Numbered from the whole stretch's first letter, positions 24,208-35,871 are shown. The stretch is DNA of 62,929 nt, filler included, from Octopus bimaculoides (GCF_001194135.2; 5 parts of 5 records of this genome joined end to end with filler, not necessarily neighbours in it), one strand, 5' to 3'. Notes: a model not told the origin generated them from the letters alone. Numbers and translations are program-made.

Positions 24208-24583
24208 GCTGTTGGTGATGATGATGATGATAATGATAATAATGATGATGAAGCTAGCACATATGCTGTTGCAGCTGTCGCTGCTGTTCTTCCCGCTACT
24301 GCTGTAGCTGATAGTGATGATTCTTCTGATTGTGAAGATGGCCTTGTTATCACTGATGTCTCTGTTGTTGTTGTTGTAGATGTTGCTGTCGTCAGTGGAG
24401 GCACTGTAACGTCTTCCCCTTCCTCTGAGTCTTCTTCTTCTTCTTCTTCTTCTTCTTCTTCTTCTTCTTCTTCTTCTTCTTCTTCTTCTTCTTCTTCTTC
24501 TTCTTCTTCTTCTTCGTCCTGTTTTTCGCACACACTTTGATAGTGTTGATGTTGTTGTTGTTGTTTTTGTTGTTGATGATGAT
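23725..24583 (-). CDS. KCNQ: KCNQ (Kv7) voltage-gated potassium channel, first coding exon, 3' part (5' part lost in the N gap)
   Basis: Open frame of about 286 codons from the gap edge, ending RMSLLGKPLHFHGHRRDAKYRKLQARIYNFLERPKSWPSALYHIFV, the conserved KCNQ pre-S1/S1 signature (YNFLERP-x2-W...YH). Strong donor TTTGT|gtaagt, phase 2 within the Val codon. Confidence 0.93.
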
Positions 24584-25503
24584 NNNNNNNNNNNNNNNNN
24601 NNNNNNNNNNNNNNNNNNNNNNNNNNNNNNNNNNNNNNNNNNNNNNNNNNNNNNNNNNNNNNNNNNNNNNNNNNNNNNNNNNNNNNNNNNNNNNNNNNNN
24701 NNNNNNNNNNNNNNNNNNNNNNNNNNNNNNNNNNNNNNNNNNNNNNNNNNNNNNNNNNNNNNNNNNNNNNNNNNNNNNNNNNNNNNNNNNNNNNNNNNNN
24801 NNNNNNNNNNNNNNNNNNNNNNNNNNNNNNNNNNNNNNNNNNNNNNNNNNNNNNNNNNNNNNNNNNNNNNNNNNNNNNNNNNNNNNNNNNNNNNNNNNNN
24901 NNNNNNNNNNNNNNNNNNNNNNNNNNNNNNNNNNNNNNNNNNNNNNNNNNNNNNNNNNNNNNNNNNNNNNNNNNNNNNNNNNNNNNNNNNNNNNNNNNNN
25001 NNNNNNNNNNNNNNNNNNNNNNNNNNNNNNNNNNNNNNNNNNNNNNNNNNNNNNNNNNNNNNNNNNNNNNNNNNNNNNNNNNNNNNNNNNNNNNNNNNNN
25101 NNNNNNNNNNNNNNNNNNNNNNNNNNNNNNNNNNNNNNNNNNNNNNNNNNNNNNNNNNNNNNNNNNNNNNNNNNNNNNNNNNNNNNNNNNNNNNNNNNNN
25201 NNNNNNNNNNNNNNNNNNNNNNNNNNNNNNNNNNNNNNNNNNNNNNNNNNNNNNNNNNNNNNNNNNNNNNNNNNNNNNNNNNNNNNNNNNNNNNNNNNNN
25301 NNNNNNNNNNNNNNNNNNNNNNNNNNNNNNNNNNNNNNNNNNNNNNNNNNNNNNNNNNNNNNNNNNNNNNNNNNNNNNNNNNNNNNNNNNNNNNNNNNNN
25401 NNNNNNNNNNNNNNNNNNNNNNNNNNNNNNNNNNNNNNNNNNNNNNNNNNNNNNNNNNNNNNNNNNNNNNNNNNNNNNNNNNNNNNNNNNNNNNNNNNNN
25501 NNN

Positions 25504-26316
25504 ACCACCACCTCCGCTACTACCACCACCGACACCCCTCAGGCCGGCTTCCACCGAAACATTTGCATATCGCTTGTCGCCATCACCTCTACCACCACCA
25601 CTACCACCACCACCGCCGCTGCTGCCGCCACCTCCACTACCTTCATGAATACAACCACTGACACCAACCCCACCAACAGCACCACCAGTACCTACACCAC
25701 CTATACCAACACCTATACCACGGCTAACGACACCATAGTCTACAGATTCTAGAGATCCACCTCCGCTTGGGTCAAAAATATCACCATGACCACCACCACC
25801 ACCACCACCACCACTACCCGTAAAGGCAGTAGTAGCAGTAGTAGTAGTTCCTGTAGTTGTGGTACTTGTAGTAGTAGTAGTATTTGTAGTAGCAGCAGTA
25901 GTAGTATTAACAGTAGTATTAAAAGTCGTTTCTAACTCCACCTCCTCCACTTCCACCAACTTCGCCACTTCAGATTTTGCAGCCGCCACCACCACCACTA
26001 CCACCTCTTTGCTTTGTTGTTGTTTTTTAAAGCTTCCACTAGCAGTATCTTCTCTCTTCTTTTTTCTTCCTTTTCTTCTTCTCTTCCTCCTCCTCCTTCC
26101 ACTGCTGTCCTTGCTGCAACTGTGTTTGTTGTTCTTTTTCTTTTTTCTGTTATCACTGTCACCGTAGCCGTCACTGTCACTCGATAGACGACACTCGACT
26201 CCACCTATCTCTTGTCGTCTGGTTTCTCTCAATCCTCTCTTACTTCTTAATTCCTTCTCTCTGTTTTTCTTTTTCCTTGTCCACCTTATTTTCCTTCTGT
26301 TATAGATTCCTCCGCT
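25504..26316 (-). CDS. Possible upstream part of the KCNQ N-terminal exon (low complexity, no ATG)
   Basis: A stop-free frame of about 270 codons (K/R-rich, then poly-T and poly-G) runs into the gap on the KCNQ strand. The track's M at 26232 is a TTG. The frame across the 920-N gap cannot be established. Confidence 0.4.
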
Positions 26317-27196
26317 TCATACTCCTCCTCTTCCTAAGAGGCCGACGTCTCCACCCCCTAGTCCTTAGACCTACCCTATCACCGCTACTAAACTCCCCAG
26401 CTTTAAAAAAAAAACAAACACCCACACGCACACACAAACGAATCAAACTAAAATGCTGAACAAAACTAGAATCTAAACGTTATCAACGACTGCCACCACT
26501 ACAAACACCACCTCCACCACCACAACAACAAACAATAATAACCACAGCAACAAACAGCTGTTGTTGGCTGTAATGTCGGAGCCGACCCACCCGGAGTGGC
26601 AGTAACGGTGTTGCTAAGAAATCGTCGATTCGGTACCCGCCAGACATCAACAGAGATTTTCTAGCGTATACGCTGGTGGACCCGAACTGAACAAAAACAA
26701 CGCTGGTAGTTCAGATGCTGTTCCTATGGTAGCGCTAAGCATGCTGATATGACCGGCACACATCGCTGCTGCTGTAGTTGCTTCTGTTCGTTCGCTGTTT
26801 CTTACTGCTGTTGCTGCTACAGCTGCTGTCGTGTTTATTACCGTTCACGCTACTAATATTCTTTGCTACCCCTGTTGCTGCTGTCTCCTTGCTACTGTTG
26901 CTCTTTGCTGCTGTCACTGCTGCTGCTGCTGATGTTACTGCTGTCACTGCTGCTGCCGCTGCACTTGCTGCCGTTACTGGCGCTGTTGCTACAATTCCTT
27001 CTGCTAGTAGAACGCTTTACTGTTTATGTAGTTACCCATAATCTTACTGCTGCGCTTGGTGATGTTGTTGATGTGGTGATGCTGCTGCTACGTCCGTTGC
27101 TGTTGGAGATACAGCTTCCTCCAGCTGCTTTACTTCAATATCCTCTCTGTCTGTTGGCACAGTTGATTCTTCTTCGTGTTGGATTCTCTCTTTTAT

Positions 27197-27238
<42 letters not shown>

Positions 27239-27899
27239 NNNNNNNNNNNNNNNNNNNNNNNNNNNNNNNNNNNNNNNNNNNNNNNNNNNNNNNNNNNNNN
27301 NNNNNNNNNNNNNNNNNNNNNNNNNNNNNNNNNNNNNNNNNNNNNNNNNNNNNNNNNNNNNNNNNNNNNNNNNNNNNNNNNNNNNNNNNNNNNNNNNNNN
27401 NNNNNNNNNNNNNNNNNNNNNNNNNNNNNNNNNNNNNNNNNNNNNNNNNNNNNNNNNNNNNNNNNNNNNNNNNNNNNNNNNNNNNNNNNNNNNNNNNNNN
27501 NNNNNNNNNNNNNNNNNNNNNNNNNNNNNNNNNNNNNNNNNNNNNNNNNNNNNNNNNNNNNNNNNNNNNNNNNNNNNNNNNNNNNNNNNNNNNNNNNNNN
27601 NNNNNNNNNNNNNNNNNNNNNNNNNNNNNNNNNNNNNNNNNNNNNNNNNNNNNNNNNNNNNNNNNNNNNNNNNNNNNNNNNNNNNNNNNNNNNNNNNNNN
27701 NNNNNNNNNNNNNNNNNNNNNNNNNNNNNNNNNNNNNNNNNNNNNNNNNNNNNNNNNNNNNNNNNNNNNNNNNNNNNNNNNNNNNNNNNNNNNNNNNNNN
27801 NNNNNNNNNNNNNNNNNNNNNNNNNNNNNNNNNNNNNNNNNNNNNNNNNNNNNNNNNNNNNNNNNNNNNNNNNNNNNNNNNNNNNNNNNNNNNNNNNNN

Positions 27900-27978
<79 letters not shown>

Positions 27979-28307
27979 AACTTTTGTTCTTTCTTCACTT
28001 TTTGATGATACCCCCCACCTCACCGACTCCACCTGTGCTGTTGGTGTTAGTTTTATTGCTGCAGTTCTCGATGGTGACGATGTTAATGATGACCATCTGA
28101 TTATAATGAATGCGATGATAATGAGGATGATAATGATGATGATGATGATGATGATGATGGAGAAGAAAGGATGATGATAATGATGAGAAAGAAGATGATA
28201 ATGAGGATGATTGATGATGTTGATGACGATGATGCTGATGACGATGATGCTGATGACGATGATAACAATGACTAGGTGATGATGAGGATGGTGAGGACAG
28301 TGCTGCT

Positions 28308-28338
<31 letters not shown>

Positions 28339-28849
28339 ATGGCAGTGGTGGTGGTTGTGGTGGTGGTGGTCATGGTAGTGACATTTATTGCATCTCTTGC
28401 TTCTGCTGCTACTTTAGATCCTGTACTTATTTCCTTTTTCTTATTTATTTAAAATTTTTTTGTTAATCCATGTTTACCCTTACGTCAACTCTGTCCCAGC
28501 AGAACTATATTTAACTACATTCCAACCATGACTACCCCGCTTTTCAAGGATATGTACGACTATGTTATACTATGTGCATGTTCTTTTCGTTTTACGTGCT
28601 TTTGGTGTAGATAGAACAGGATTTGGCTACTACTTCTAGCAGGACAGGAGACCACGTAAAGATACTGTCGATTTTAGAGGTGTTGCTGTTACCATTACTG
28701 AAGTTGTATTTTTTGTTGTAGACTTTCAAATCTAAGTTGTTGTTTAAATGAATTTGTTGTTGCAGTTGTTGTAGACAATGCTTTTGTTATTATAGTTATT
28801 AGAATTGTAGTTTTCGTTCTGGGAGTTATTGCTGTTGTTATTGTTAAAG

Positions 28850-30135
28850 TTGCACGAGGCGGTGAGATGACAGAATCGTTAGCACGGGCGACTATGTGCC
28901 TAGCGGTGTTTCGTCCGTCTTTACGTTCTCAGTTCAAATTCCGCCGTGGTCGAATTTGGCCTTTATACATTCGGGGACGATAAAATAAATACCAGTAAAT
29001 TACTGAGGTCGATGTGATCGACTATACCCCACCCCACTAATTCCAGGCCTTGTGCCTATAATAGAAAAGATTATTAACCCATTACCTACTAGTGATCTCA
29101 TATGAGATCACTTAAAAATTACAAATTTCGTAATTATCTGTCAATATTTACACATATCTAACCTTTTTGCTATATCTACTAGGTATATTTCTCTGATATT
29201 CAAATGAGGTTTGCTAATCTTTCACCCAATATCTCGCTTATTTCTATTTAAAATGTTATTTTGTAATGTTATTTTGATCATTCCAGCGTGTTTCTAAGGC
29301 TGTTTTATGCTGGAAATCAAAGTTTCATAAAAAATAATTCCAGTTCATAGAATTATGGGAGGTAATGGGTTAAAGTTGCACAAGGCTGTGAGCTGGCAGA
29401 ATCGTTACAACGGGAGACAATGTGTACGGGGCTCAATTTTATCGTGTTACCCACTCCCTCAAAATTCCGGGCGCCTAGTACCGAAATTTGAAACAATTAA
29501 TGTGGCGGGTTGGCACAATCGTTAGCACGCCGGCTAAAGTTATTACGTTCTGAGTTCAATTCTCGCCTAAGTTGTTGTTTAAATGAATTTGTTGTTGTAG
29601 CTGTTGTAGTCAATGATTTTATTATTAGAGTTGTAGATTTAGTTCAGATAATTATTGCTGTTGTTATTATTAAAGTTGCACGAGGCGGTGAGCTGGCAGA
29701 ATCTTTAGCACGGGGGACAAAACGCTTAGCGGTATTTCGCCCGTCGCTCCGCTCTGAGTTCAAATTCCGCCGAGGTCGACTTTGCCTTTCATCCTTTCGG
29801 AATCAATAAAATAAATACCAGTTGAACACTGGGTTCGATGCAACCGAATTAACCCCGTTCCTGAAAATGCTGGTCTTGTGCCTATAGCAGAAATTATTAT
29901 TATTAACATTATTATTATGTACAAGGCGTTGGTTGAACTGGCAGAATAGTTGACACGCCGGACAAAGTACTAAGCAGCATTTCTTCCAACTTCACGTTCT
30001 GAGTTCAAGTTCCGTTGAGGTCGACTTTGGCTTTCATCATTTCGGGATCGATAAAATAAGTACCATTTGAGCACTGGGGTCGATGCAATCGACTCACCCA
30101 ATCCCGCAAAAGTTCAGTCCTCGTGCCTATAATAA
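28850..30135 (+). mobile_element. Cluster of five same-orientation SINE family B copies or fragments
   Basis: GGCGGTGAGCTGGCAGAATCGTTAGCAC-like heads at about 28857, 29380, 29505, 29683 and 29928, with shared bodies (GAGTTCAAATTCCGCCG, GATAAAATAAGTACC, CTGGGGTCGATG). Confidence 0.85.
29078..29369. mobile_element. piggyBac-type MITE with TTAA target duplication
   Basis: TTAA|CCCATTACCT ... AGGTAATGGG|TTAA, with TTAA at 29074-29077 and 29370-29373. It has 10-bp perfect TIRs starting CCC and no ORF. Confidence 0.85.
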
Positions 30136-30329
30136 AAAATAAAAAAAAATTAAAATTGCAGGTATCATTGCAGCTGTCAACGTAGTTAATGATGCTTTTT
30201 TTTTTAATTGATATTGTAATTAATGGCATTTGTCGTCGTCATTGTTATTGTTGTTGTTGCTGTTGTTATTGTAAGTAGTGTTGTTATTGAAGTTGCAGTT
30301 GTCATTTGAATAAATAAACAGCATTATAT

Positions 30330-30720
30330 AGGCGCGGGAGTGGCTGTGTGGTAAGTAGCTTGCTTACCAACCACATGGTTCTGGGTTCAGTCCCACTGCG
30401 TGGCATCTTGGGCAAGTGTCTTCTACTATAGCCTCGAGCCAACCAAAGCCTTGTGAGTGGATTTGTTAGACGGAAACTGAAAGAAGCCCGTCGTATATAT
30501 GTATATATATATATATGTATATGTATGTGTGTTTGTGTGTCTGTGTTTGTCCCCCCAACATCGCTTGACAACCGATGCTGGTGTGTTTACGTCCCTGTAA
30601 CTTAGCGGTTCGGCAAACGAGTCGATAGAATAAGTACTAGGCTTCCAAAGGTCGATTTGCTCGACTAAAGGCGGTGCAAATGACTGAAACAAGTAAAAGA
30701 GTAAAAGAGTAAAAGAGAGC
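30330..30720 (+). mobile_element. SINE family A, near full length
   Basis: tRNA-like head (TGGCTGTGTGG; GGTTCAGTCC), central (TA)n(TG)n, 3' half GTGTTTGTCCCCCC...GATAGAATAAGTAC, and a (GTAAAAGA)n tail. Confidence 0.88.
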
Positions 30721-31199
30721 ATGAGAAAGTAAACCCTACCACCACCACCACCACCACCAACAACAACAACACTGTCACCACCGCCACTACTACTACCATC
30801 ATCATCATCGTCCTGCTCCTCCTCCTTCCCCTCCTCATCATCTAATGGATTTCCCTACAGTGATTCGACCAAATAAAAATAGCAGCCAAATAATCCACAG
30901 ACGTTATATCGATACCTCATTTTTAAAAGTAAAAGCACGCATTGAATAACGAAGTCGTCGTTGTTGTTGTTGTTCTAGATTAATATTGATGTTCTGTATA
31001 CATTTTTTTTTTTTTTTTGTTGTACTTCAAATTTTTGTTGTTGCTAAGCTCAAACACCGAAGGTCGACTCTTCCTTCATCTTGGCGGGGTCGATATCATA
31101 TGCACCGGTTGAGCACTGCAATCAATGAAATCGACTTACCTACTGACACCAGCATTCGAATTCATCATCATCATCATCATCATCATCATTATTATTATT

Positions 31200-31207
31200 A
31201 TTACTAC

Positions 31208-31247
<40 letters not shown>

Positions 31248-31394
31248 AATATATTTCTGCCGAGATCGACTTTCCCGTATTTTATTTGGATCGATAAGAT
31301 AAGTACCAGTCGAGTACTGGGGTCGACGTATTCGCCTTATCCCCTATCTCCCATCTCCCACCGAAACTGCTAACCTTGTGTCAAAATTTGAAAC

Positions 31395-31437
<43 letters not shown>

Positions 31438-31574
31438 ATATTTCTACCAAGGTCGACTTCCCCTTATTTTATTTGGGTCGATAAGATAAGTACGAGTCGA
31501 GTACTGGGGTCGAGGTATTCGACTTATCTCTCCTCCCCCACCGAAATTGCTAGCCTTGTGTCAAAATTTGAAAC

Positions 31575-31625
<51 letters not shown>

Positions 31626-31630
31626 CATTA
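31200..31630 (+). repeat. Tandem duplication of a 5'-truncated SINE B plus (ATT)n
   Basis: Two units at about 31248-31430 and 31436-31630 share the same truncation point and end CTTGTGTCAAAATTTGAAACCATTATT. Confidence 0.8.
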
Positions 31631-33193
31631 TTATTATTGTTGTTGTTGTTATTGTTGTTGTTGTTTTTGTTATTGCTGTTGTTGCTTTAGTCTCGGGTTA
31701 ACCCTCATAGAGTGAAGCATACACGACTAATGTGTAGCGCAGTACAGTAGTAAACTGGCGGGAATACTTGGATGCTGTTTCCTGTGGGTCGAACCCAACG
31801 TGGAGAAGAAACTCCCGTAGCTGTAGACACCGATGATGATGATGATGATGATGATGATGACGATGATGATGTTGTTGACGACGACGACGAACATGATGAT
31901 GATGATGATGTCACTCGTTTTGCTGTTGTTGTTGTTGTTGTTGTCGTAGACTCATCTCTGGCCCTTGTGGAAAACCCATAAACGTTAATTACCATCGTTG
32001 TTAATTTGCCGTTGCTGTGCTATTCCTGTTATTTATTAATTTATTTTATTTTTTTTGTTTTGCTTTTTTGTTTATTGATGTTGTTTATGTTGTTGTCGAT
32101 GTCTCCTTTCCGATGTTGTTTATTTACTCTCCAATCGATTCAGTTATTGTCATTGTTATTATTGTTGTTGTTGTAGCTGTTGCTGTTTTGCTCTTAACTT
32201 CTTTGCTCAATACATCAGTCGTCTACATCGCTGTGTTTCTTTTTTTTTTTTTTTTGTGGTCTTCCTCATTAACATTGTCGCAGATGGTGGTGTTGTCGTT
32301 GTTGCTTTGTGACGTTAATAATCTAGATCTTCTTTTTATANNNNNNNNNNNNNNNNNNNNNNNNNNNNNNNNNNNNNNNNNNNNNNNNNNNNNNNNNNNN
32401 NNNNNNNNNNNNNNNNNNNNNNNNNNNNNNNNNNNNNNNNNNNNNNNNNNNNNNNNNNNNNNNNNNNNNNNNNNNNNNNNNNNNNNNNNNNNNNNNNNNN
32501 NNNNNNNNNNNNNNNNNNNNNNNNNNNNNNNNNNNNNNNNNNNNNNNNNNNNNNNNNNNNNNNNNNNNNNNNNNNNNNNNNNNNNNNNNNNNNNNNNNNN
32601 NNNNNNNNNNNNNNNNNNNNNNNNNNNNNNNNNNNNNNNNNNNNNNNNNNNNNNNNNNNNNNNNNNNNNNNNNNNNNNNNNNNNNNNNNNNNNNNNNNNN
32701 NNNNNNNNNNNNNNNNNNNNNNNNNNNNNNNNNNNNNNNNNNNNNNNNNNNNNNNNNNNNNNNNNNNNNNNNNNNNNNNNNNNNNNNNNNNNNNNNNNNN
32801 NNNNNNNNNNNNNNNNNNNNNNNNNNNNNNNNNNNNNNNNNNNNNNNNNNNNNNNNNNNNNNNNNNNNNNNNNNNNNNNNNNNNNNNNNNNNNNNNNNNN
32901 NNNNNNNNNNNNNNNNNNNNNNNNNNNNNNNNNNNNNNNNNNNNNNNNNNNNNNNNNNNNNNNNNNNNNNNNNNNNNNNNNNNNNNNNNNNNNNNNNNNN
33001 NNNNNNNNNNNNNNNNNNNNNNNNNNNNNNNNNNNNNNNNNNNNNNNNNNNNNNNNNNNNNNNNNNNNNNNNNNNNNNNNNNNNNNNNNNNNNNNNNNNN
33101 NNNNNNNNNNNNNNNNNNNNNNNNNNNNNNNNNNNNNNNNNNNNNNNNNNNNNNNNNNNNNNNNNNNNNNNNNNNNNNNNNNNNNNNNNNNNN

Positions 33194-33238
<45 letters not shown>

Positions 33239-34704
33239 ATGTATCATTGGTATTACAGTGTTTTTGTTTTTTTTTAATTGAATCATTCTCAATATGTTTG
33301 TTTTTGTTGTAGTTGCTGTTGTTTACCAGTACCTCAGCACAGTTGTCGCTGTTTTTGTTGTTACATATGTCGCCATTGTCTTGTTAAAGTCATTACCACC
33401 GTAGCCGACATTACCGCCGCTGCCGTAAACATCGTCGTCATTGTAATTGCATTCGCTGTTGTTGTTGTTGTTGTTTTTGTCGCCATAGTGTTGTTTCTCA
33501 GTTTCTTAATGCAGTTGTTGCTTTTGCTGTTGCTTATGCTGCCATTTCCATGCCGCTATTGTCACCATCATCATGGCCACCATCGTCATCACAGCCATCA
33601 CCATTGTCACCACCACCACCACCACCACCACTATCGCACCACAATCGCACCCGCAAGTTCCTCCACCACCATCACCACAGCAACCACCACCGTCGCCACC
33701 ACAAAAGCAGCTACCATCGGCGCCATCACGACAGTCGCCGCCGCCACATTCACAGCCACCACCACCACTACGCAGCCGCCGCTTTCGTAGACGTTCGTGC
33801 TGTTGTTGTTGTTGTTGTTATTGAGATTCGTGTCGCGGATGTACTTTGTTGCATAATATATTTTTTATTATCGATGTTCGAGAGGTTTTCATTGATCCAC
33901 TTATTGTTTTTGTTATTGCTTGTATATGTTGCTACTGTTGCTGCTGTTGTCGCCTGTCACCGTTTATCAACTCATTTTATTATTATTTTTCTTTTATTAG
34001 CAGTCTTAAACTAAATTACCTACCGTTTTTCTTATTATTGTCGTAGTAATAGGAATTCGTTTTGCTGTAGTGATAGAACTAACTGTAAGGGTGGCGACAA
34101 TATTAGTAGTACTAATAGTAGTGGTAGTGGTAGTGGTACTGTAGTAGTTATTGTTGTTGCTTTGTATTTGTAGTTATTGTCATAGTCATAATTGCCTGTG
34201 TCATTGTTACTGCCGCCATCAACGTTGTCGTTGTTACTGATGTTATTATAATAAATGCTGTTGTTCAAGTTGTTAGTATAATTGTTGTTGCTTAGAGAAA
34301 GAAAAGTCCTGGCAGAAGCAGACCTTAGATGAAAAGCTTGAAGCTTTGATCATGTTAGCTTATTGTTTCCCGCGGGCATAATGTCTTAAATTCGCCACCA
34401 ACGAACGTTTCCGTCCATTTATTAAATGGTTGGTTGTTAACTGGCATGTATTTATTATATATGATGCAATTATTGAATAATAGTGTTTGTTAGTCGTTAC
34501 AGGATTCCAATGCACCATCACAATTCAATGGTGACTTCCTTTTAGAAGGAGACGGCAGTAATGGGAGCTTAGTGAAGCAAAGACGGAACAAATATCACAC
34601 AGTATCTTTGGCTTCAACGAACCACTATTTTGTCATGGAGGTATGAAAAAATTCGCATATTTTAATAATGATAGGCACACATTCCTGCGTACTCACACCC
34701 ATAC

Positions 34705-34746
<42 letters not shown>

Positions 34747-34751
<5 letters not shown>

Positions 34752-34830
34752 GAATTTACACAAAAAAAAACCCAGATGTATTAGTTTAACGCCCGGGAAG
34801 TGAGAAAGTCTTTTATGTTTCGATCCTACG
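34747..34830. mobile_element. Short interspersed-repeat fragment, possibly Penelope-like pLTR
   Basis: GTGAGAATTTACA...CAGATGTATTAGTTTAACGCCCGGGAAGTGAGAAAGTCTTTTATGTTTCGATCCTACG resembles an octopus repeat I recall. The family assignment is from memory only. Confidence 0.35.
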
Positions 34831-35645
34831 CTGCGACCACGTGAGCGTGTAATATATAGCGAAAATTTACAAAAAAAAAAAAAAGAAAAACACGTCCCTT
34901 ACCAGTCACGTACGACGCGTAAAAGCGGAAGGGACTACATACATAATTAAATGGAGGTTCCTTGAACAATCATGGGCTTATACAAACGGGTGCAATCGAT
35001 GTAATCTTTGCTTGGCGAAGAGGACAGGAATCCTAAGAAAACTCACTCGATCCGGGGACCATTTTACACTATAGGGAAGAGGTATTCAGTCAATGCCCTC
35101 ATCTAAAACGTTTCCTACTTCAAACTGAGAATTCCTTATTGGTCGAAGAGTCCCACCACAGCTCCCTAGAATAGCCTTCAGCGATTTGAGTCTGACGAGT
35201 CAACTATACCGCTGAGTAGTCTTTGGTGCGAAACTAATGGTCACTTTATGACAGGCTATAGCTGTCAACACCTAAAAAATACATTACTGCTCTATGCTCT
35301 AATACTTCAGAGTGTACTTCTTTTTCGGACATATGAACAACTGACAATATATATATATATCATTACCATATTTGTTCCTGCTGTATCCGTTCCGATGATA
35401 ATGCAAGTGACGACACCGTTGCGATGATTTTCGGGCTTGCCTTTCTATGAGATATCATTAGACAACAGCGATGGCGGTGTGGGGGCGGGAAGTGGAAATT
35501 TGCATGAACGTTAGGGAATTGTTTATCACCCAAAATATCTTTGCACCAGCATGGCTTTTCTTGAAAACGAACCATGACTAAAGGAGATGAACGCCATGCA
35601 TACGTACAAACATTCAGTCATACATACATTCATACATACATACAT

Positions 35646-35729
<84 letters not shown>

Positions 35730-35871
35730 NNNNNNNNNNNNNNNNNNNNNNNNNNNNNNNNNNNNNNNNNNNNNNNNNNNNNNNNNNNNNNNNNNNNNNN
35801 NNNNNNNNNNNNNNNNNNNNNNNNNNNNNNNNNNNNNNNNNNNNAAAATACTCACAATTGAGTTTTTGTAA

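Noticed and set aside
23914-24540. 208-aa plus-strand ORF
   Set aside because: It is the antisense shadow of the trinucleotide-rich KCNQ exon (poly-S and poly-V from TCT and GTT repeats) with no recognisable domain.
24046-26232. 728-aa ORF (and the 604-aa ORF 23721-25535) as the literal KCNQ protein
   Set aside because: Their starts are TTG and GTG, and both cross a 920-N gap of estimated size. After the gap the 728-aa frame is not the KCNQ frame. Only 23725-24583 is secure.
30845-30870. Peptide MDFPTVIRP as the missing SLC22 ELFPT-x-R exon
   Set aside because: No donor site follows, the upstream frame is microsatellite, and the DNA is the reverse complement of a SINE motif (ATTTGGCTGCTATTT).
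34503-34640. The orphan exon as part of COG5, the vertebrate host gene of GPR22
   Set aside because: The peptide does not resemble any part of COG5 as I recall it. It is kept only as an unassigned candidate.
34790-35240. Hammerhead ribozyme (CTGACGA at about 35192 with GAAAC at about 35230; partial GTAGGATCGAAAC on the minus strand near 34815)
   Set aside because: No convincing stem II between CUGANGA and GAAA, and the second site lacks the CUGANGA box. An Infernal search with hammerhead models would settle it.
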